Assembly: GCA_001662655.1 (NCBI GenBank) | Contig: KV460243.1 | DNA from: Pseudogymnoascus verrucosus | Taxonomy: Eukaryota | DNA length: 58,373 nt | Strand: one strand, 5' to 3' | Shown: one piece after another, positions 49,893 through 58,373 of the stretch | How the letters are laid out: each line of letters opens with the position of its first letter | Position numbering within the stretch: the stretch's first letter is position 1 | Position numbers and translations under genes: made by a program | The notes under the pieces: model-generated | Database searches by the model: none | Seen by the model: only the letters and a program-made list of their open reading frames with translations | What the model was told of the DNA's origin: nothing

Positions 49893-52800
49893 TATGGCGC
49901 TGCAAGTCTACATCGCGCATACGGGCGCGCGCCTGCAGACCGAGCCTGGCGCCTTCGCATCGTGAGCGCTACCTTGGAGGTCTGGGATGGGGGTGTACAG
50001 TGTGCTAACGTGATGGCAGGTTGGATGGGTTCAAGGCGTGGGTCGCGGATAAGGGGGGTGTGAGTGTGCAGAATCAGATATGTTTGACGGGGAGTGGGAA
50101 GTCGGTGAGGACGCAGTCGTTGTTTACTGAGGTATGTTACGTTGATGTGTTGGGGGACGGGAGACCCTGGAAGCAAGCTATGGTTGTGTGGCTGGGGATG
50201 GCGTCGCGATGGCCTCATACGTTATTTACCATAGGTGCCGTTGCTGTTCGACTTGAATAGCAGCTTCATTTTGGGAATGGGCTTATCATTTGCATCGATA
50301 CAAGCTACAAACGCTGACACTGGTTCAACCACAGCACGAAATATTCGTATATAATCGCCTCATTCTTAACGTCTCCTCTTCGAACTCGGCCATGGAACAG
50401 GTCTCGCAGCTACCGATGCCCGCTACATACGAAATAGAAAACCCTCCCGATACTATAGCAGACCAAAATGACCTAGGCGCATGGAAAGACCTCTTCCACG
50501 CGCGGAGAGAATGGGCTTCCAAGGTCGTCAACGATAGTGAGCGCATGTCAAGGGAGGCACAGAAGCGGTTTGGTGAGATAGACGTGATTGCGCGCTCTGT
50601 CCATGCCGCTGTTGTCAACCTGGGGGGCCATGTCGCGGGACTTGAGCAAAAATTCCCGCAGACACAGAAGTGGGCGCAGGATATCGTAGATGAATACGAT
50701 GTTAGGATTTCAGAGCTGGAGCAGTCGGCGAAGCTCTTGAGGACGTTGCCGGTGACAACGACCATGTTCCGATTTATTAGCGGAAAGAATCCAAAGGGTG
50801 GGAACCATCAGCCGAGCCTGGCGGACTTGATCGATATAAACGATATCCAGCAAGCAGGCGCCGAAGCCAGTGATGCTATATCAGCGTTAAGGACGAACCT
50901 GGATGATATGACGCGCGATCTTAAGAGGATTGACTCTGGCATGGATAAGATTACGAAGAAGGAAAAGGACAGCGTGGGGGCATCTGCTATGGCAAAAAGC
51001 GATGAGCCGGCAGGTCTCCTGGCGGATATCAAAGCCATTTTAAATAAGATAGGGAAGGATTACGAAAATCTGTTAACGTACGCGGATACGCAGAAATCGA
51101 TATCACAGGCCTCCAAGACTGCCCTGCTCCATACCAGAAGCTTCTTGCCATCCCTCTCGAAGAGGTGCATGGAGATGAATGAGATTCTGGCTGATGCAAC
51201 CAACATGCGCAATAGTGCTGCTGTAGAAGCTGTGGAGATCATGCAGGGGATTGCTACTCTTAATACGTTGTGCACTGAGGTGAACCGGAGGACTGATGGC
51301 CTTGAGATTTCAGATGATGGGCAGAAGTCCCTGGAACTCATATTACTTGTTGCACGGCTTCCTATTGTCTATGCGTCGTTCGTTGCCGAAGCTATCCGTC
51401 GCCGCGAATGGTCTGACAAGATGAAGAGCGACTCGTCTACCCTCGCGAACGAAATGGCCTCATTTCAGGACGAGGAAGGACGAAGACGTAAGAGGTGGCA
51501 AAAGAATACGGGCTTCTATTTCTGGGATGAAAAGCCCGAACGTAAAGTCCTGGGCCTCGAGGTTAATCTTCTGGGAGACGAGGATCAGCTCCCTCTAGTG
51601 TCGAGGCAAGATCTCGAGGATCTGGTTAACAAACTAAATTCCGCAAATGTACATCCTGATATTATCGCCGAAGTGTCTCAGATTGTTACAGATTTGAGCG
51701 CTCCCACAAAGCAACAAGCTAGGCGTGCAAAAGCGTTCAAAAATGGAAGTTTCCATGAGGCTTCAATGGGCCGCAGCACCTTGCTTGTCCGTGGAGACGA
51801 TGATATCATCAGAACTCTGCAAAGCGAGAAGGCTAAGACCGAGACCAAGCTTAAAGGTGCGGAAAGCAGAGTGAGGAAACTCGAAAGCCTGCTGCACCAA
51901 CAGAGTCATGCCTCGAGGACATCGTCCGGAAACATATTTCCTCTGCCTTCGGATGAACATGATGGAGCTAACATGGCTTCATCTCCTCAGTTCCGCGACG
52001 AGATTTCCAGACCTTCATCTGTCTCGTCCCGGCGCTATTCAGCGAACAAGACCCAGGATGACCGGGCTGCCACACAAAGGTATATACATCTTGAGGCTGA
52101 CCTCATCGCCGAACGTGAGCGAGCAGCTGGTCTTGAGAAAGAGGCCGCCGCGAAGTCGGCGATGTTAACAGACCTCAGAACCCAGTTTGAGGAGGCTACA
52201 TCGACCAAGCAGGATCTTATGCAGAACCTGGAAGCGCAGCTGCGGGAGTTTGGCACCGAACGGAAATCTCTCGAGGACGACAACAGGCGCCTCAAGAGCC
52301 AGCTGGAGGATTACGAGGACAGCATAGACCGGTCCAGGGAGAATGAGAGGCTGACGTTGGATGAGCAACTGCACACTCTGCGTACCGAACTCAACAAGGT
52401 CCGAGCTGATGCTGAAGCTGAATCTCAAAAAGCCCAAGGCCAGGTTGACTTTCTCCGCGGCGATGCCCAGCTACAAAGAGAGTCAAATGATAGCCTGCAG
52501 AAGCAACTGAATAAGGCAAGAGAAGAGAATAAGGAACTCAAAGATCGCATTGATTCCGCAGAGGATGGTCGACGAGAAGCAACCGCATCGCTTCGTGGCG
52601 TGCACTCCGTTCTGTTCCCCGCCTCCGATGAACAAGCTCAAACTCAGTCAACGGTGCTTGCTGAAAATCTATCGTCCCGTATTAAAGACCTTGTCACCCA
52701 AGCAGGTGTGCACGAAAGAGATCTTGCTATGGCACATGCCGATCGAGACGAGGTCAAAGAAAAATTATCAGAAGTCAGGAAGGAATTGGCAGATATTAAG

Positions 52801-54306
52801 GAAAAATTGAGCTCCGATGAATCGGAAAGTGTCAGACTACACGAGGAGATTGTTGGAGAGAGAGCGAAATACGCCGCCCTCGAATCTAACATGGCGGAAC
52901 ATCAGCAGGAGCTCACCAGCCTCCGAACCAAGTTTGCTGAAGGAGAGACTGGCTCAGAGGCGCTGCGAAGCAGGGTCAAGGAAGAGGAACAAAAAGTTAC
53001 CTCACTAATAGCGCAGCTAACCAGCTCGAGGACCCAGGTTGGGAGTCTTCAGGAGCAGCTTAAATCTGTCGAAGGGCGACTTGAAGAGTCACAAGGCAAG
53101 CTCGAGAAGGTCAGTGGTAGGTTTGAAGGGCGCACTATGCGCGCTAAGGATCTTACCCAACGCCTCTACGCGCAGAATGATCGTATATGGAGACTCCTCG
53201 ACCGACTCAGTTATTCTGTGTCAAGAGAGGCTGATTCTATGACAATCACCCGCATCCCGCGACAAGAGCGAGCCAATCTCACTGACTCTTCCGATCCCAG
53301 CTCAGCCATGCGACGGAGTATATCCGGCCAAGCGAAGAAACCTATGATAGAGAGCGGTGATCTTGAGCTCCTCTACTGGATGCATAACGACGATTCTGAG
53401 GTCGAGAGCGAGAAATACGAGGCCTATCTCTCTGCCATCGGCAGCTTCGACATCGAACTCTTCTGCGACACCATCCTGAAGCGCATCAAAGAAACCGAGC
53501 ACCAAGCTCGCAAAGCCACACGTGATGCGCGAACCTACCGCGACAAGTCGCACGCCGCGCAGAAGGAGGCCCACGAGAAGATAGCCTACCGGCACTTTAA
53601 GGACGGTGACCTCGCCCTCTTCTTGCCGACGCGCAACCAGGCCAATGGCGCATGGGCTGCCTTTAATGTCGGCGCTCCGCACTACTTCCTGCGCGAGCAG
53701 GACACGCATAAGCTGCGCTCGCGTGATTGGCTGCTCGCTCGCATCCAACGCGTCGAGAGCCGTGTGGTGGATCTGTCAAAGTCAATGACTGGCCAGCTGT
53801 CGACGGCGGGCGACAATGGGTCTTTCGGCGACGTGAGCGTAGACGATAGTTTCGAGGATGACAATCCGTTTGACCTCTCCGACGGTCTGCGTTGGTACCT
53901 AATCGACGCCGTGGAGGAGAAGCCAGGCGCACCGCCGCTGACGCCAAGTCTCGGGAAGAGCACCGTCGCTGCAGCGAACGTGGATGCGACGGGGAGTATC
54001 AGGCACTCGAAGAAGATTTCCGGGAGCGCGGTAGACAACATCAGCAAGACGCTCAGCCGCAGCCTTGACAGCCGCCGTAGCAGCAACAACTCCCGCAAAG
54101 CAGCACCCTTTGCATCTACGCCTGTTAAGCAGCACGACAGCGCCGCCGTCGTCGACGGCGAAGACTCCCTGCACCCATCGTCAGCGGCGGAAATAACACC
54201 CCGGCCGAACCACCCGCCGCAGCTGCAGGCCGGCGGCTCGAGCGGGCTAGAGGTGCGCGACTCCGATGCTACTCCGGCGGTCTTGGACCGTCTCCTTGGG
54301 CCGTGA
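49893..54306 (+). CDS. ATG11: Autophagy-related protein 11
   Basis: MALQVYIAHTG start, introns 49962-50019 and 50132-50334, long coiled coil, C-terminal KIAYRHFKDGDLALFLPTRN..WAAFNVGAPHYFL and NPFDLSDGLRWY. Confidence 0.95.
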
Positions 54307-54999
54307 AGCTGACGGTGCGTGTTGTGTATTAGGCGACCACAAGCACAGGGACCAGCCCTGGGAAGAAAAGCGTGATTTGGGATAGTCTCTGGAGTTTGGA
54401 TGTGAGCATTGATCGGGGACGGAAGTAGGGGGTGTTGTGAAAATGTTGGGGGGTGTCAGTTTTTATGGCGCATGGGTTGCGTAGATGGAGTTTGGGGGTG
54501 GTGCATCTTTGGCTGTCCATCCTTTACTGGCTTAGGGAGTCGCTTTGGGGGTTGCACGCATTTTTGAAAGCAGGGGATATTTTTATGAAAAGACTGGGTC
54601 TTTCGCCTGTATATACTCACCTTGATTTACGGAGATTTGTTGGCATGATATCTTCCAGGGCCGAGAAGTAAAATTTAGCTTTTAGTAGTATATTTTACAA
54701 AAACATATTGTATTACGGGCTGCACTCAACAAGCATAGAATATTTATCATTGCTAACTAGTCTCGATGATTTTTTTTTAGATATCTGACATGTTCGTTGT
54801 AGGGCAGAGTATTCCAAAATGGATACTTTGCCCAAGGTTGCTCTTCTGCATGGCCCCATTTTCAGACTTTCAGGCGTCCGCCTAACCCGCCAGTAACTGC
54901 GATTAATACATGCCTGGTGGAGGACCAACGCATCTCCGCGTTCTTGAGAACACCCTTCTTGATTTACATACTGCCGCCAGTCTCATACAAAAACAAGCT

Positions 55000-55412
55000 A
55001 TGGCAGTCTATATATCCGTGCCCATTCTCGACGAGCTCGTTCAATCCGTCAAAGACAACCCTACTTATAAAGCTGTAAATGCAATGGCTTGTGGAATCCT
55101 CAGCTACTACTTTGCACCATCCAACGGTTATGTAATCTCGCCAGAACGTGGCCGAAACGACCACGGCGTAGATATGGCCATCTACCGCATTCGACGCCGT
55201 TTTCCAGACGATCAAAACACTCTAGACCATACACTCGTTGGAGTAAAAGGCTCTATGGCCCCTACCGAGCAATCTTTAGATCTACTCGAAGGTGCTCTAG
55301 AAAATCAACCACTAGACCTGTGAGCTGTTGGGCTATGATAATTAAATCCAACTCTATGCAATTATTGAACTATAATAACCCTTGCACATGGCAACTAATA
55401 TACTCTATTTAA
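55000..55412 (+). pseudogene. Degenerate small protein resembling fungal PD-(D/E)xK-fold proteins
   Basis: GILSYYF.PSNGYVISPE, VDMAIY, LVGVK, then a -1 frameshift near 55303 into CWAMII. Family call is from motif recollection only. Confidence 0.45.
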
Positions 55413-55515
55413 CGATGCGACAGCTAGGAGGCTGCTGATAAGGGCAGCTTTTGTCGCTGTTTTAAGGAGCTCGTTGGCCTATTTTTCAAACTTCTACACC
55501 CCACCAGGGTCTGGC

Positions 55516-56773
55516 TTACAAGTATTTGTGCTCTGGAACCGGACTCATCAGCCTCCCCTTCTCAAGGGCGCTCCACACATTTTCGATACACCATATCTCC
55601 ATATTCATCTGCGTCTCCACAGTCCATGTTCCCATATGTGGCAGGAGCATTACATGTGAGTTAGCGATCAGGCCTGGGTGGACCTTAGGCTCGTCTTCGA
55701 AGACGTCGAGTCCACATGACCATACTTTCCCCTCATCTAACGCCTTTACAAGGGCATCCTCGTCCATAACTGCCCCTCGGGAGGTGTTGACTATCACGAC
55801 ACACTCCTTCATCAACTCAAACTCCTTGGTGCTAATAATGTGGTGGGTGCTTTTCTGTTGATTCACTAGTTACTCTCGTATCTAACAATGGTGGCTAGGC
55901 ATGGAACTTACATTCAAAGGTAAATTTAGAGATAGAACATCGCTAGTCCTTAATAACTCTTTGAAGCTAACGTATTTTGCTTCTCCACTTAGCTCGTCCG
56001 ATAGCTTTGAGCGATTGTGGTACTGGACGGTCATGCCAAACGCAGTAGCTTTCTTCATAAGGTTCTGGCCAATCCCTCCCATACCTAATATACCTAAGAT
56101 TTTGCCTTGTGGGTCGTGACCAAAAGGTGGTGGGGAGAAGCCCTTCCAGAAGCCATTGCGGAGTGCCACCATGGCTAAGATCCCATTAGTTTAGAGGCTA
56201 AGTCGATTATATAGAATGAATCTCACATGTGTTAAAGCCTCGCAGAGCTCCTAAGATAAGGAACATGTTCACATCTGCAGTAGCATTATCTGCCGCCATT
56301 GGCACATTAGCAACTCGGATATCGTGCTCTGTGCAGGTGTGCACATCAATCTGATCGTAGCCCGCTCCTATATTATGCAAAAATCAGCCACGGCTTTCTT
56401 CAAGTCTAACTCCCCAACTATTAGGCGATAAGGATAGAAGTCAGTAAGTTCCATACCATTATGAACTATGAAGTTTAGGCTCCTAGGGAGTATAGGCACG
56501 AGGTCCTCATCTATCCTGCCAGTAATGGCTACGCTCCCCACGGTCCTGAATGCTGCGACGACACCGTCGAAAGCGCCAGCCTTACACTCCTGTATAAATT
56601 CCTCGCGAGATCGAGCTTTGGGCTCAATAATTTCGGCCACGCAAGAGATTTTGGACCATTCTTTGTGCGCACTAAAAGTTCGGGATATCTGTTACCCGCC
56701 GGTTCATGTAAATGTTTTGCACGGGGACTTACAGCTCGATTTTTCCTAGGAGGAGAACTTTGGGCCTGGACAT
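55516..56773 (-). CDS. D-isomer 2-hydroxyacid dehydrogenase / glyoxylate reductase
   Basis: MSRPKVLLLG, HNG|AGYDQID, GILGMGGIG, SLNLPLN, VNTSRGAVMDE, GLDVFEDEP and LPHMGT; 5 exons. Confidence 0.93.
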
Positions 56774-58208
56774 ATTAGCGGTTGGAAGTTAGTAATCTAC
56801 TGAAGGACGAAAGAGAGAGGAGTTGGGAGCAAGTATTTATATACAGGGCCTGTGATGGATAGGCCGATATAGGATATAGGTGCAGATAGTTTATAGTGGG
56901 TATAGCTTGGCCCCTTCCCCCCCAACCTCCCCCACTAGGCCCGAGAATATCCAAGTCGGGATCACGATAGAGATAACTGTCTTTACGATCAGTAATAGAC
57001 AAGTGAGTCTATCTCTCTCGTGTCAAGTCAACAGGTGCAAGCACAGACAATAGAGCATCGACCTAAGTGGCGAGTTCGGCATGGATGATATTAATATTTA
57101 TTCCCTAACTACAGTACTACATTATATCTATAGTATCTCAGGTATTTTGGAAAGGAGCCTTATTTACCGCCATTTGCAAGAATTCAAATCGAAAACTTCA
57201 CATCAAGTAAAGGCTTACATGCATTATTCAGACTATTACGGTCGCCATTGACATCGCCATCAAAAGATGGGAATTAACCTGAAGGAGAATAAAAAACAGG
57301 TGAGCACAGGGGCGCAAATAAGAACCGATGAATCTAATCCAAGCAGGGAACTTGGGCGTTCTGACACTTTGGCTATGCGAACTAGCATTCCTCATTCTTC
57401 TTCTGGCCTTGCCTGACGTTGATCTGCCAGTAAAGTAATCCTAAGTAACTTCAAAAGGACGCCAACTCGCTGACAATTGCTACTCCAAAGGTCCCAGGAC
57501 TTCGGCAGTTCCTCCGAACGCCGTTAAAGCTCGCGCTAACACATATTCGCATTGGTGGGGCGCACTGTTTGTCGACCTAGCGAAAACGCCACTGGAGCCT
57601 ATCTTGTCGATCTCGTCGAGCTCGCGGACAACTTCCCCGTTTTCAATCCATTGAAAACGTTATGTTCACCCTAACCAACGTGACTGATATGACCAACAGG
57701 ACCAATGTGACCAAGATTATCACGTGCGTACATAAGTCTGACTAGGGTGAACTGTACAATGAGGTACGATGAGGTTATTCTCTGTGGTTTGCGGGACTTT
57801 TGAAGGTTGTGGACCACAACTGCTATGTGCTTCGCTCAGCAAGCCGATAGTGGCTGAATAGACCCAGTGGATTTGGCTTCAGCGCTGTCAGGTTTAAAAC
57901 GTGCGATAAAGAATAAGATCGCACGCAGCGTCCATCCGCCGAAATTGAATGCTCCGAGCACTTCCAGTAGAACTCCTAGTCTCTCTTTATACCCATCTCC
58001 TGGATGTCGAGGTCTCCTGACGCTGTTCCATTCTTCTAGAAAACGGAGTTGTGTTGAGGGAACTTGGACGTGCTCACTAGGATGCGGTAGTATTTGGCCC
58101 TGAAATGGCAGTTTTCCCGAACGCGCAGTCCAGCTCCCGGGTTGGTTTGGGTGTAAGGAAACTATCATATGGCACAAATATAAGTCACTAGCATACTGTA
58201 GAAAATGT

Positions 58209-58373
58209 CAGTGTTCGGCGGATACGTATCCGGGTAGTATCCGTGAACCTCACGGGTAGGGTATATACCCGGCGACGATCTGACGGGTAGGGTAGGTAAG
58301 TATCCGGATACATGAGGCTGAATATCGTATATAAAAATAGGAATAGCGTATATAAAAAAAAATGAAGCTTTTG
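58209..58373. mobile_element. Putative terminus of a class II (hAT-like) transposon running off the window edge
   Basis: Starts CAGTGTT, followed by dense subterminal motifs: palindromes CGGATACGTATCCG and GTATCCGGATAC, ACGGGTAGGGTA x2 and TACCCG; then AT-rich sequence. No transposase is visible in the window. Confidence 0.5.

Noticed and set aside
57328..57900. Possible spliced gene relic with a hydrophobic N-terminus (MNLIQAGNLGVLTLWLCELAFLILLL)
   Set aside because: Could not build a consistent gene model or assign a family.
1..58373. tRNA, rRNA, CRISPR arrays, Starship captain or intact transposase
   Set aside because: None recognised by eye in this window.

Overview
Eukaryotic, intron-containing DNA from a filamentous ascomycete (GT..AG introns with CTAAC-type branch points; a Leotiomycete-like genome is my inference). 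The window has three zones. (1) About 0.5-33.6 kb is an accessory/metabolic block: aldehyde dehydrogenase, MFS transporter, PTH11-like membrane protein, F-box proteins, reductases, a rhamnogalacturonan acetylesterase, a C2H2-like/Zn2Cys6 regulator, an APH-like kinase and several frameshifted or stop-interrupted genes. (2) About 33.9-54.3 kb is a block of apparently intact housekeeping genes: UPF0132-like protein, GID4/VID24, mago nashi, coatomer beta, sphingoid base kinase, RRP1, DIM-5, CENP-H-like and ATG11. (3) From 55 kb there is a degenerate PD-(D/E)xK-like ORF, a 2-hydroxyacid dehydrogenase and a probable DNA-transposon terminus at the right edge. The most striking feature is a ~1608-aa gene at 14277-19251. 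It fuses an indoleamine 2,3-dioxygenase-fold heme domain to a CPR/NOS-type FAD/NADPH reductase lacking a flavodoxin domain and to a cytochrome b5, making it a candidate self-sufficient heme oxygenase. Its last 20 codons plus 3' UTR are duplicated as a 151-bp direct repeat around a ~3.9-kb insert carrying NACHT and DUF4246 pseudogenes. All family calls come from motif recognition by eye, not from database searches.
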